A DNA stretch of 64,000 nt from Candidatus Dormiibacterota bacterium (GCA_963709585.1 CAVPXI010000007.1:78934-142933); one strand, 5' to 3'. Positions 1 through 9,538 are shown, numbered from the stretch's first letter. A program made the numbers and translations. The notes: generated by a model from the sequence alone, not told the origin.

Positions 1-860
1 AGGGCACCGAACATCACGGAGAGTTGCCGGCGACGGTTGGACGCGCTCTTCAGCTCACCCGACATGTACACCGACCAGAAGTTCCACATCATGAAACCCT
101 GGATCGAGAAGAGCGTGGGCAGAGTTGCGTTGCCGTTGAAGAAGTTCGGTGCTGCGCCCGCGCCGCCGCCCTTGGCGATGACCTGGGCAACAGTGCCGCC
201 TCCGAAGCTCTTGTTGAGAACGTTGAAGTGCGAGAAGAAATCCGTCTGGCTGCCGAAGAGCAGCACCAAGAACGCGATCAGCGTCCCCGCCATCGCGATG
301 ATGAACGCACCGTTCTGCCAGCGGAAGGTCGCCTTGGTGCCTCGGATGAGGATCAGCGTCTGGAGCGCGACCATGAAGAGCGATGCGCCGAGGATCCAGC
401 TGTTGTTGTTCCCGAAGGAGGTCCCCCAGCTGATGAGCGTGGTGTTATTGGCGAACGACCCCAATGCAACCAGCACCGGCCCGAGCGCGAGCACTGAGAA
501 GAACTTTGCGAAGAACGCGGCTCCGAGGAGCCCGCCCATGATCATGCAGAGGTTGGATATCAGCGCCAGGGGCGGCGACAGCACGCGGCTGACCCAGACG
601 TAATCACCGCCCACTCTCGGCATGCTCGCTCCGAGCAGCGCGAACATGATGAGCACCGGAATGTTGATGGCCGCGACGAGCAGGATCACGGTGGCGACGT
701 CGGCACCGGGGAACGCGACCAGCGCGAAGAAGATGGAGTACGCGATCGTCGATCCGACCGGTGCCGAGATGACCGCGTTGAAGATCGTCGCATCGATAGC
801 CGACGCAGAGCGCACCAGCCCAGTGCTGTTGCGGACGAACAGCCTGCTCGCGGTTGCCAT
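1..860 (-). CDS. APC-family amino acid/polyamine permease, N-terminal ~286 codons (3' end lies beyond the window edge)
   Basis: Minus-strand frame is open from ATG (860..858) to position 1; it is missing from the ORF track only because it is open-ended. Translation MATASRLFVRNSTGLVRSASAIDATIFNAV...GASMPRVGGDYVWVSR... is multi-TM and carries the APC-permease MPR.GGDY motif. Plus-strand ORFs 24..497 and 37..603 are shadow frames. Confidence 0.8.
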   Translation of the reverse strand, partial: MATASRLFVRNSTGLVRSASAIDATIFNAVISAPVGSTIAYSIFFALVAFPGADVATVILLVAAINIPVLIMFALLGASMPRVGGDYVWVSRVLSPPLALISNLCMIMGGLLGAAFFAKFFSVLALGPVLVALGSFANNTTLISWGTSFGNNNSWILGASLFMVALQTLILIRGTKATFRWQNGAFIIAMAGTLIAFLVLLFGSQTDFFSHFNVLNKSFGGGTVAQVIAKGGGAGAAPNFFNGNATLPTLFSIQGFMMWNFWSVYMSGELKSASNRRRQLSVMFGA

Positions 861-892
861 GGCGATCCTCCGGCGGCCCGACCGCCTCGAAC

Positions 893-948
893 TTGACACA
901 CGCGTCGAAAACCTGCAGAGTTTGAACACAATCGAACACCAGTGTCAA
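893..948. promoter_or_regulatory. Candidate DeoR operator in the divergent permease/deoR promoter region
   Basis: Inverted repeat TTGACAC (893-899) / GTGTCAA (942-948) encloses direct repeats GAACAC (924-929, 934-939). It lies between divergent starts at 860 and 1043. Confidence 0.4.
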
Positions 949-1042
949 GAGGCTCATGGACACGGAGGGACAACTTCCGGTCAAGACCCGACAAACCTAG
1001 CTGAGTAATCCGGGCGAGTAGTTCAAGGAGGAGTCGCGCAAG

Positions 1043-1873
1043 GTGTTAGCTGTCGAGCGGCGTTTGAAGGTGTTGGAACGGGTCGCGGAAGACCAGGCGA
1101 TCGAGGTCAGCACCCTCGCGCGCGACTTCCAGGTTTCGGAGATGACGATCCGCCGGGACCTCCGCCGTCTGGAACGCGACGGTTTCGTGCGGCGCACCTA
1201 TGGAGGCGCCACCACCCACCTGGTGCGGACGTTCGAGGTCGGCGCCAATGCGCGCACCCTGCACCACGCCAGGGAGAAGCGCATCATCGCCAAGCGCGCG
1301 GCTGAGTTGACCGTGGGGGTGCGCGCCATGTTCCTCGGCATCGGCACGACCGTCGAGCATTTCGCGCGACTCCTGCCGGCGCGCGAGGACCTCATGGTGG
1401 TCACGCCGTCGCTCGCAGTGGCGAGCCTGCTCGGCACCCGCAACGTCCGCGTGATCATCGCGGGCGGCCTGGTTCGCCAGGACGAGCTGACGTGCATCGG
1501 TGCCTCGGCGGTCGAGGCCGTGCGCCGCTACAACACCGACACCGCGGTGATCGGCGCCGCGGGACTCTCCGCCCGCCGCGGGATCACCGAGCTCGACGAT
1601 CGCGACGCGGACGTGATCCGCGGCGGCCTCGAGCGGACCGAGCGGATCATCGTGATCGCCGACGGCTCGAAGTTCGGCGCTGTCGCGATGAGCACGGTGG
1701 CGTCGATCGAGCAGATCTCCACCATCGTGACCGACGGCAGCGCCGATCCCGAGGAGATACTGCGCATCGAGCAGGCGGGCATCGAGGTGGTGGTCGCCGG
1801 GCTCGAGACATCACTGCTCCGCCCGATGGAGAACGGCCGGACACGCCTCACCGACGTCAGGAGGCCGGCGTGA
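1043..1873 (+). CDS. DeoR/GlpR-family transcriptional regulator
   Basis: ORF track. N-terminal HTH VSTLARDFQVSEMTIRRDLRRLERDG plus a C-terminal sugar-phosphate sensor-like domain. AAGGAGGA (1025-1032) lies 10 nt upstream of the GTG start. Confidence 0.9.
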   Translation: MLAVERRLKVLERVAEDQAIEVSTLARDFQVSEMTIRRDLRRLERDGFVRRTYGGATTHLVRTFEVGANARTLHHAREKRIIAKRAAELTVGVRAMFLGIGTTVEHFARLLPAREDLMVVTPSLAVASLLGTRNVRVIIAGGLVRQDELTCIGASAVEAVRRYNTDTAVIGAAGLSARRGITELDDRDADVIRGGLERTERIIVIADGSKFGAVAMSTVASIEQISTIVTDGSADPEEILRIEQAGIEVVVAGLETSLLRPMENGRTRLTDVRRPA

Positions 1874-2685
1874 CTCTTCTGCGCCGCTTGTTCGGCGTGG
1901 ACAAACCGGTGATTGCGATGCTCCACCTCCCGGCGATGCCCGGCCGCCCCCGGCACGACCGATCGGCTGGGATGCGATACCTCGTCGACACCGTCGAGCG
2001 CGATCTCGAATCGCTTCAGGCTGCCGGCGTCGACGCGTTTCTCTTCTGCAACGAGGCGGACCTGCCGTATCAGATGCGCGTTGGCCCCGAGGTTGCAGCG
2101 GCGATGGCGGCGGTGATCGGCCAGGTTCGTGACCTGATCACACGACCCTTCGGCATCGACCTCGTCTGGGACCCGGTGTCGAGCCTCGCGGTGGCGCGCG
2201 CGACCGGCGCGTCCTTTGTCCGCGAAGTGTTCACCGGTGTCTTCGAGAGCGACCTCGGCCTCATGCAGCCGGACTTCGGAGCGATCGCCGCGTACCGCGA
2301 GCAGATCGGCGCCGAGTCCGTGGCCATGTTCGCCAACATCACGCCGGAATTCGCGAGCAGCCTCGGGAATCGCTCGATCGCGATGCGAGCGAGAAGTGCT
2401 GCGTATCTCGGCGTCGACGCGATCCTCATCAGCGGTCAGATCACCGGGACCGACACGCACATCTCGGAGCTGCACGAGGCCAAGGAAGCGGTGCCGGAGA
2501 TGCCCGTCCTCGCCAACACCGGCGTGCGTGAGGAAACCGTCGATGCGATTCTCGCGATCGCAGACGGGCTCCTTGTCGGCACCAGCCTGAAACGTGACGG
2601 CGTCACCTGGAACCCCGTCGACCCCGATCGAGCCGGACGCTTCATGACCGCGGTACACCGCGCACGCGAGGCGGTTCCCGCCTGA
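1870..2685 (+). CDS. BtpA/SgcQ-family TIM-barrel protein (copy 1, 271 aa)
   Basis: In-frame GTG at 1870 overlaps the deoR stop (GTGA). From there ORF 1492..2685 reads VTLLRRLFGVDKPVIAMLHLPAMPGRPRH...LFCNEADLPYQ. The upstream part of that ORF is Arg-rich read-through. Collinear paralog at 6944..7759. Confidence 0.8.
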   Translation: MTLLRRLFGVDKPVIAMLHLPAMPGRPRHDRSAGMRYLVDTVERDLESLQAAGVDAFLFCNEADLPYQMRVGPEVAAAMAAVIGQVRDLITRPFGIDLVWDPVSSLAVARATGASFVREVFTGVFESDLGLMQPDFGAIAAYREQIGAESVAMFANITPEFASSLGNRSIAMRARSAAYLGVDAILISGQITGTDTHISELHEAKEAVPEMPVLANTGVREETVDAILAIADGLLVGTSLKRDGVTWNPVDPDRAGRFMTAVHRAREAVPA

Positions 2686-2686
2686 C

Positions 2687-3637
2687 ATGTCGAAGACGAG
2701 GATCTACTTCGTCAGCGACCTGCACGGATCGAGCGTGTGCTTTCGAAAGTTCGTCAACGCAGCAAAGATCTACCAGGCCGACATCCTGATTCTCGGTGGC
2801 GACGTTGCCGGCAAGGCGATCCAGTCGATCGTCCGCGCCCCGGGCGGGCACTGGCAATGCCGGTTCGTCGGCACCGACTACGACGTCGTCGAAGGAGCCG
2901 AGCTGAACGCGCTCGAGAAGCTGATCGCCGATCATGGCTATTACCCGTACCGCGCCGACCCCGGCGAGCTCGAGGCCAAGGAGGCGAACGGCGGTCTCGA
3001 CGACCTCTTCCTGCGCCTCATGCGCGAGCGGCTGACCGAATGGCTCGAGCTTGCCGACGCCCGCCTCCGGCCCCTGAACATTCCGCTGTACTTCATGCTG
3101 GGCAATGACGACCCTGAGGAGCTTGGAGCGTTGCTGGACAGCGCTCCATGGGGCACGCACGACGAGGGCAAGGTCGTCTGGCTCGACGACGAGCACGAGA
3201 TGATCAGCTGGGGGTTCTCGAACGTGACGCCCTGGCACACGTATCGCGAGCAGGATGAGGGCCATCTGCGGGCGACGATCGACGCGATGGTGCGCGAGCT
3301 TCAGCACCCGGAGCGGGCCGTTTTCAACCTGCACGCGCCGCCGTTCGGAACCCAGCTCGACGAGGCGCCGCTCCTGGACGCGAATCTGCAGGTGCAGGCG
3401 ACCCTCGGTCAGGTGCGGATGGTGGCGGTGGGGAGCACAGCGGTCCGTGACGCCGAGCAGGCCTATCAGCCGCTGCTCGGGCTCCACGGACACATTCACG
3501 AGTCCGCGGGCATCCGGCGGATCGGCCGTACGGTGGTCATCAACCCGGGCAGTGACTACTCGACGGGAGCGCTGAACGGCGCGTTGATGACGCTCGACGG
3601 CGGCAACGTCAAGGCGCAGCAGCTGGTTCGCGGGTAG
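2687..3637 (+). CDS. Calcineurin-like metallophosphoesterase
   Basis: ORF track. Ordered motifs: SDLHGS, GGDVAGK, GNDD, NLHAPP, GLHGHIHE. Confidence 0.85.
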   Translation: MSKTRIYFVSDLHGSSVCFRKFVNAAKIYQADILILGGDVAGKAIQSIVRAPGGHWQCRFVGTDYDVVEGAELNALEKLIADHGYYPYRADPGELEAKEANGGLDDLFLRLMRERLTEWLELADARLRPLNIPLYFMLGNDDPEELGALLDSAPWGTHDEGKVVWLDDEHEMISWGFSNVTPWHTYREQDEGHLRATIDAMVRELQHPERAVFNLHAPPFGTQLDEAPLLDANLQVQATLGQVRMVAVGSTAVRDAEQAYQPLLGLHGHIHESAGIRRIGRTVVINPGSDYSTGALNGALMTLDGGNVKAQQLVRG

Positions 3638-3643
3638 CCCGCG

Positions 3644-5206
3644 GTGGCCACGACCGCGAATCCGACCGACGCCCTCCTGTCCGTCGACGTGGGCACGTCA
3701 GGTGCTCGCGCGACCGCGTACGACACCGCGGGGGCGATGCTCCTCGAGGTCCGCCGCAGCTACCCGACGCGCACACCGCGCGAAGGATGGGCGGAGCAGG
3801 ATGCGAACAGCTGGCGTTCGTCATCGCTCTCCGCCCTGGGCGCGCTCATCAAACAACTGGGGAGCGGGCACACGATCCACGCGATCGGGTTGACCGGGCA
3901 GTGCCCGTCTGTGGTTCCCATCGATGGCCACGGGGAACCGCTCCGGCCGGGTCTCATCTACCGGGACAACCGCGCCGTCGCGGAAGCGGCGTGGCTGCGA
4001 GAAACATTCGGCGCCGAAGCGCTGCACACGTTGACCGGACACGTACCGGCCGCGTTTCACGTCGCAGCCAAGATCCTCTGGATCCGCGCCGAGGAGCCGG
4101 ACGTCTTCAAGTCGGCGCGCCTCTTTCTGCAGCCGACGGAGCTTCTCGCGTTGACCCTCACCGGCGAGGCGGTAACCGACTGGACCATGGCGGCGTCGAG
4201 CGCGCTGCTGAACCTCCGAGAGCGCCGATGGGCACCCGCCCTCGTGGCCGCGGTGGGTCTCGACCCGGCGCAACTGCCGGTCCCCCAGCCGTCCTGGAGC
4301 ATCGTCGGCGAGTTGCGCCCGTCGCTGGTCCGGCGCTTCGGGCTGGGCGCGACGATTCCGATCGTCGCCGGCGGCGGTGACAGCATCGCCTGCGCCTTCG
4401 GGGCCGGCGTAACCACGCCCGGACCGGTGAGCGAGATGGCCGGCAGCTCGACCTGCCTCAACACGGTCGTGAGCGAGCCGACCCGTGACCTGGCGGTGAC
4501 TCACTACCCGAGCGCCGTCGGCCCCGATGGCTACGTCACCGAGGTGGGGATCAACACCGCGGGCGAAGCGGTGGATTGGCTCGCCTCGCTGACCTACGGC
4601 GGCCGATCCGGCCGGCTGCGAGCCGCCGACTTCGACCGGCTCGACCGCGAGGCAGCCGAGGTCGCCCCCGGGTCGGACGGTCTGCTCTTCGTGGCGGTCC
4701 TCGGGGACGGCGAGCGTGACGATCCGGAACTCCGCGGCGGCGCGATCGGCCTGTCGGTCCGGCACGACCGTCGATCACTGGCACGAGCTGCGCTGGAGGG
4801 CGTCGCCTTCGCGATTCGAGCGCACGTGGAGCGCCTCGGAAACGCGAGCACGCCCGCAACCGAGATGCGCGTCTCCGGGCGCGCAGCCTCCCTGCGGACG
4901 TGGAATCACATCAAGGCCGACGTGCTCGGCATCCCGGTGCTGCGCATCCCCGGCGACGCGACCACCGCCGGCGTCGCGATGCTCGCCGGGCTCGGAATCG
5001 GCGTCTATCCGAACGCGGAGTCGGCGATCGCGACCGCCTGCCGCCCCGATGCGCCCATCGAGCCAGATCTTGCCAATCACGACAGATACGCGGCTGTCTA
5101 CGAACGCTACCGAGCAGTGGTCGCATCCACCGCGCTTCACCCCGGCGCCGCGGCGGTGGGCGCCGACGACAGGCCGTCGCGGCCGTATCCGGAAGAGCGC
5201 GCATGA
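3644..5206 (+). CDS. FGGY-family carbohydrate kinase (xylulokinase/glycerol kinase-like)
   Basis: ORF track. N-terminal LLSVDVGTSGARATAYD actin-fold motif; the 520 aa length fits the family. Confidence 0.85.
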   Translation: MATTANPTDALLSVDVGTSGARATAYDTAGAMLLEVRRSYPTRTPREGWAEQDANSWRSSSLSALGALIKQLGSGHTIHAIGLTGQCPSVVPIDGHGEPLRPGLIYRDNRAVAEAAWLRETFGAEALHTLTGHVPAAFHVAAKILWIRAEEPDVFKSARLFLQPTELLALTLTGEAVTDWTMAASSALLNLRERRWAPALVAAVGLDPAQLPVPQPSWSIVGELRPSLVRRFGLGATIPIVAGGGDSIACAFGAGVTTPGPVSEMAGSSTCLNTVVSEPTRDLAVTHYPSAVGPDGYVTEVGINTAGEAVDWLASLTYGGRSGRLRAADFDRLDREAAEVAPGSDGLLFVAVLGDGERDDPELRGGAIGLSVRHDRRSLARAALEGVAFAIRAHVERLGNASTPATEMRVSGRAASLRTWNHIKADVLGIPVLRIPGDATTAGVAMLAGLGIGVYPNAESAIATACRPDAPIEPDLANHDRYAAVYERYRAVVASTALHPGAAAVGADDRPSRPYPEERA

Positions 5207-6120
5207 GGGTCAACCTCGGCATCAACAACTGCTTCGCCCTGAAACGCTGGCCGCGCCCCGCTGACTGGGCGTCGGTCGTTCGCAATGACCTCGGGTTGGA
5301 TCTCGTCGAGCTGTCACTCGACCTCATCGAGGGCATCGAGACCTTCGCCGGCGGCCGAGATGCCGTCGAACGTCACCGCGCTGCTCTCGACGCCAACCGG
5401 CTGGCGGCCCACGCCACCTTCACCGGCTTGTCGGCGTACTCGCTCGACCTCCTCATGCACCCCGACCAGGGGCGGCGTGAAGCGGCGCTGCAGTGGTACC
5501 GCGGCATCATCGATCTCACCGCGGCGCTGGGAGCCCGGGCCACCGGGGGGCACGTCGGAGCGATGAGCGTCCCGGACTGGAGTATTCCCGAGCGCCGAGC
5601 CGAACGCTGGGACGGTCTGAAGCGGGACCTCGAGACCATCGCCGCTCATGCAACCGCGGTGGGGCTCGAATACCTCCTCGTCGAAAATCTGGTGGCAGTG
5701 CGCGAGCCGTCGACGATGGCGCAGGTCGAGGATCTGCTCACCGACGGCGATCGCGAGCACGCCCCGTGGCGGCTCTGCCTCGACGTCGGCCACCAGTGCG
5801 TGCCCGGAACCGAAGGCGCCGAGCGCGATCCATACGCCTGGCTGCAGCACTTCGGGAGCCGGCTCGTGGAGGTGCAGTTGCAGCAGTCGGACGGGATCGC
5901 CGATCACCACTGGGCTTTCACCGCGGAGCACAACGCCACCGGGCGCATCGACCCGGCACGAGTCCTCGAGACCCTGGAAACCGCCGGCGCCGGGACCGTC
6001 GACCTGATCTTCGAGATCATTCCCGGTTGGGAGGATCCTGACGATCGGGTCATAGCAGACCTGCTTTCCTCGGTCGATCAGTGGCGCGGAGCGATCAACG
6101 CTCGCGGCCTCGGGGGTTAG
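5203..6120 (+). CDS. Sugar phosphate isomerase/epimerase (xylose isomerase-like TIM barrel)
   Basis: ATG at 5203 overlaps the kinase stop (ATGA) and is in frame with ORF 4900..6120. Sequence MRVNLGINNCFALKRWP...LVENL...LCLDVGH... fits the AP endonuclease 2/xylose isomerase fold family. Confidence 0.75.
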   Translation: MRVNLGINNCFALKRWPRPADWASVVRNDLGLDLVELSLDLIEGIETFAGGRDAVERHRAALDANRLAAHATFTGLSAYSLDLLMHPDQGRREAALQWYRGIIDLTAALGARATGGHVGAMSVPDWSIPERRAERWDGLKRDLETIAAHATAVGLEYLLVENLVAVREPSTMAQVEDLLTDGDREHAPWRLCLDVGHQCVPGTEGAERDPYAWLQHFGSRLVEVQLQQSDGIADHHWAFTAEHNATGRIDPARVLETLETAGAGTVDLIFEIIPGWEDPDDRVIADLLSSVDQWRGAINARGLGG

Positions 6121-6124
6121 GCGG

Positions 6125-6934
6125 ATGCCCCTCGTCCACGCCAACGGCCTCGACATCCACTACCGCATCAGCGGGGAGAGTTCCGAGACCGTCGTGCTCG
6201 TCAACGGCGTGGGTGACGACCTCGAGTGCTGGACGATGCAGGTCGCTCCCCTCGTGGCCGCAGGTCTACGCGTGATCACCTTCGACAACCGCGGTGTCGG
6301 GCGCACGTCGCTGCCGCCCGGCCCGTACTCGAGCCGCGAGATGGCCGCGGACACCAAGGCTCTCGCCGACGCGCTCGGGCTGGCGTCCTTCCACCTGGTC
6401 GGCGTCTCCCTCGGCGGCCTGATCGCCCAGGAATATGCACTGTCCTACCCCTCGGATCTCCGCTCGGTCGTGCTCGCGAACGCCTACGCCCGGCCCGACG
6501 CCTATACGCGGGCTGCCTTCGACGCCTGGAGGCAGATCGCCGAAGCCGGCGGGATGCCGTTGATGATGCGCCAGCAGGCCCCCTGGGTTTTCAGCCCAGC
6601 CTTCTTCGAGGCACAGCCCGAGCGGCTCGCGACCATCGTCGCCGAGGCGGAGCAGAGCACCCAGCCGGCCGGGTCGTTTTCGGCGCAGATCGCCGCGCTC
6701 GCCACCCACGACTGCGCGGACCGTCTCGGTGCGCTGCACACCCCGGCGCTGGTGATCGCAGCCGACGACGACATCGTCATCCGGCTGTCGCTCTCCCACC
6801 GTTTGTTCGAGGAACTGCCGCGCGGGTCCTGGGCAATCGTCCCCGGAGGACATGCGGCTTTCGTGGAGAATCCCGACCCGTGGAATCAAGCCGTCATTGC
6901 ATTCATTGATCGGCACCGCGCAACGGTGCACTGA
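6125..6934 (+). CDS. Alpha/beta-fold hydrolase
   Basis: ORF track. Nucleophile elbow GVSLGG, preceded by VVLVNGVG and FDNRGVGRTS. Confidence 0.8.
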   Translation: MPLVHANGLDIHYRISGESSETVVLVNGVGDDLECWTMQVAPLVAAGLRVITFDNRGVGRTSLPPGPYSSREMAADTKALADALGLASFHLVGVSLGGLIAQEYALSYPSDLRSVVLANAYARPDAYTRAAFDAWRQIAEAGGMPLMMRQQAPWVFSPAFFEAQPERLATIVAEAEQSTQPAGSFSAQIAALATHDCADRLGALHTPALVIAADDDIVIRLSLSHRLFEELPRGSWAIVPGGHAAFVENPDPWNQAVIAFIDRHRATVH

Positions 6935-6943
6935 GGAGATGGG

Positions 6944-7759
6944 ATGAACCTGTCGCTGGCCCAGCGATTCGGAACCCCGAAGCCGGTGATCGCGATGCTC
7001 CACTTCCCGGGGCTGCCCGGGCGGCCGCGTCACAACCGCGAGCTCGGAAGGAGCCACCTCGTCGAAGTGGTCGGCCGCGACCTCGAGACCCTCCAGGGGG
7101 CCGGCGTCGACGGCGTGCTCTTCTGCAATGAGAACGACATCCCCTATCAGCTGGTGGTCGGGCCGGAGATTCCCGCGGCGATGGCCGCGGTGATCGGCGA
7201 GCTGCGTGCGTCGGTGCGCGTCCCCTTCGGGGTCAACATCCTCTGGGACGCGAAGTCGAGCCTCGCGCTTGCTCGAGCCACGGGGGCGTCCTTCGTTCGA
7301 GAAGTCCTCACCGGCGTGTACGAGAGTGACCTCGGGGTCATCGCACCCGCCATCGGAGATCTCGCCGGCTATCGCACCGCGATCGGAGCCGATGACGTCG
7401 CCTTCTTCGACAACATCTCGCCGGAGTTCAGCAGCGCCCTGGGCACCCGTGGCATCGGCGATCGCGCCCGTAGCGCCGCGTTCCTCGGGGTGGACGCGAT
7501 CCTCATCTCCGGGCCGGCGGCCGGGGTTTCGTTCACGATGAGCGACCTGAGAACCGCCAAGGACGCGGTGCCCGACATGCCGGTCTTCGCGAACACCGGC
7601 GTCAACGCGGAACGGCTCGACGAGATCCTCGCCGTCGCCGACGGGGTCATCGTGGGCACGAGCCTGAAGGTCAACGGCGACACATGGAGCCGGGTCGATC
7701 CAGCACGCGCGGAGCGCCTCATGGACGCCGCTCGCGCGATACGCTCGAAGGGATCCTGA
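6944..7759 (+). CDS. BtpA/SgcQ-family TIM-barrel protein (copy 2, 271 aa)
   Basis: ORF track. KPVIAMLHFPGLPGRPRH...LFCNENDIPYQ...GASFVREV...GVDAILISG...ANTGV...VGTSLK is collinear with 1870..2685 (roughly 60% identical by eye). Confidence 0.85.
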   Translation: MNLSLAQRFGTPKPVIAMLHFPGLPGRPRHNRELGRSHLVEVVGRDLETLQGAGVDGVLFCNENDIPYQLVVGPEIPAAMAAVIGELRASVRVPFGVNILWDAKSSLALARATGASFVREVLTGVYESDLGVIAPAIGDLAGYRTAIGADDVAFFDNISPEFSSALGTRGIGDRARSAAFLGVDAILISGPAAGVSFTMSDLRTAKDAVPDMPVFANTGVNAERLDEILAVADGVIVGTSLKVNGDTWSRVDPARAERLMDAARAIRSKGS

Positions 7760-7808
7760 GCAGACGACGTCGCGATGGTCCAATCCATGAGATGAGGAGC
7801 GTGTGAGG

Positions 7809-9509
7809 ATGGAATTCAGAGCCGCCCGCGACTTCCTGCTCTCGCATCGGGGGGATTACGAGACGGCCTACGCCGGCTTTCAATGGCCGCACCCCGAGAC
7901 CTTCAACTGGGCTCTCGACTGGTTCGACGCCATCGCCGCCGGCAACGACCGGCCGGCGCTCTGGATCGTCGATGACGACGACACCGAGACACGGCTGTCG
8001 TTCGCCGAGCTGACCGCCCGCTCCAACGCTCTCGCCACATGGCTGCGCGACCAGGGCGTGCGTCGCGGCGACCGAACCCTGCTCATGCTCGGCAACCGCG
8101 CCGCGCTGTGGGAGTGCATCCTCGCGCTGACCAAACTGGGCGCGGTGATGATTCCATCGACCACCCTGCTCACCCCGTCCGACATCGCCGATCGGGTCGA
8201 GCGCGGCCACGTCGCGCACGTCATCGTCGAGTCCGCGCAGACGGGTCACTTCGCGCAGATCACCGGCGCGTTCACCCGTATCGCCGTGGGTGAGGCGGTC
8301 GATGGATGGCTCCGGTACGACGATTTCAAGACCGGCGAGAGCGGGTTCACGCCCGACGGGCCGACACCGGCGAGCGATCCGCTCTTCCTGTACTTCACGT
8401 CCGGGACGACGGCGCAGCCGAAGCTGGTCGAGCACACCCATGTGAGCTATCCGGTGGGCCATCTCTCGACGATGTACTGGCTCGGTCTGCAGCCCGGCGA
8501 TGTGCACCTCAACATCTCGTCACCGGGCTGGGCGAAGCACGCGTGGAGCAACGTCTTCGCGCCGTGGAATGCCGAGGCGACCGTCCTGATCCTCAACTCC
8601 GCGCGCTTTTCCGCGCGACGCCTGCTCGAGACGCTGACGCGATGCTCGGTGACGAGCCTGTGCGCTCCCCCGACGGTCTGGCGGATGGTCATCCAGGAGG
8701 ACCTCCAGGCCTGGCACCCGCCGCTGCGCGAAGTGCTCAGCGCCGGCGAGCCGCTCAACCCGGAGGTCATCGAGCAGGTACGACGAGCATGGGACCTCAT
8801 CATTCGCGACGGGTACGGTCAGACCGAGACCACCGCACAGATCGCCAACACGACGGGACAGCCGGTCAAGCCGGGCTCGATGGGCCGGCCGCTCCCCGGG
8901 TATGTGATCGATCTCATCGATCCGGCGAGCGGCGCCCACGGTGCGACCGGTGAGATCTGCATCGATCTCGCACGCCGACCGCTGGCGCTGATGGTCGGGT
9001 ATCGCGACGACAGCGAGCACACCGCCGAAGTGATGCGCGACGGCTTCTATCACACCGGGGACGTCGCATCCCGCGACGGCGACGGGTACATCACCTACGT
9101 CGGCCGGTCCGACGACGTCTTCAAGTCGTCGGACTATCGCATCTCCCCGTTCGAGCTCGAGAGCGTGCTCATCGAGCATCCGGCGGTGGCAGAAGCAGCC
9201 GTGGTGCCGTCACCGGATCCTGTGCGTCTTTCGGTTCCGAAGGCATTCATCGCCGTCGGCGGCGGGTACGTTGCGTCGGAGGAGGTCGCACGCTCGATCT
9301 TCGAGCATTCACAGGCCAACCTTGCCGCCTACAAGCGCATCCGACGGCTGGAGTTCGCAGAGCTGCCCAAGACCATCTCAGGGAAGATCCGCCGCGTCGA
9401 TCTGCGCGCGAAGGAGCTTACGCTGCGTAAGCAGACGGAGCGCGCACGCGCAGAGAACGAGTACTGGGAAGAGGATTTTCCCGATCTGCGAACGGCGCCG
9501 ACGCGCTGA
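7809..9509 (+). CDS. AMP-forming acyl-CoA synthetase (medium-chain/aromatic acid type)
   Basis: ORF 7803..9509. ATG at 7809 sits 9 nt after GAGGAG (7794-7799). AMP-binding motifs YFTSGTTAQPK and GYGQTETT are present. Confidence 0.85.
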   Translation: MEFRAARDFLLSHRGDYETAYAGFQWPHPETFNWALDWFDAIAAGNDRPALWIVDDDDTETRLSFAELTARSNALATWLRDQGVRRGDRTLLMLGNRAALWECILALTKLGAVMIPSTTLLTPSDIADRVERGHVAHVIVESAQTGHFAQITGAFTRIAVGEAVDGWLRYDDFKTGESGFTPDGPTPASDPLFLYFTSGTTAQPKLVEHTHVSYPVGHLSTMYWLGLQPGDVHLNISSPGWAKHAWSNVFAPWNAEATVLILNSARFSARRLLETLTRCSVTSLCAPPTVWRMVIQEDLQAWHPPLREVLSAGEPLNPEVIEQVRRAWDLIIRDGYGQTETTAQIANTTGQPVKPGSMGRPLPGYVIDLIDPASGAHGATGEICIDLARRPLALMVGYRDDSEHTAEVMRDGFYHTGDVASRDGDGYITYVGRSDDVFKSSDYRISPFELESVLIEHPAVAEAAVVPSPDPVRLSVPKAFIAVGGGYVASEEVARSIFEHSQANLAAYKRIRRLEFAELPKTISGKIRRVDLRAKELTLRKQTERARAENEYWEEDFPDLRTAPTR

Positions 9510-9538
9510 TCCGATGCTGGATCGGGCGGATACGCAGG

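Noticed and set aside
6266-7783. Very long ORFs antisense to, or out of frame with, well-supported genes: 6266..7783(-), 1528..2688(-), 10701..12110(-), 20125..21762(-), 25605-region 24826..26109(-), 56393..58708(+), 61962..63515(-), 14265..15290(+).
   Set aside because: These are typical high-GC shadow ORFs. Their translations are Arg/Pro/Gly/Ala-rich with no recognisable domains, and each overlaps a gene with clear family signatures on the other strand or frame.
9511-9525. Short hairpin CCGAT-n5-ATCGG after the acyl-CoA synthetase stop as a terminator.
   Set aside because: The stem is only 5 bp with no U-tract, which is too weak to call.
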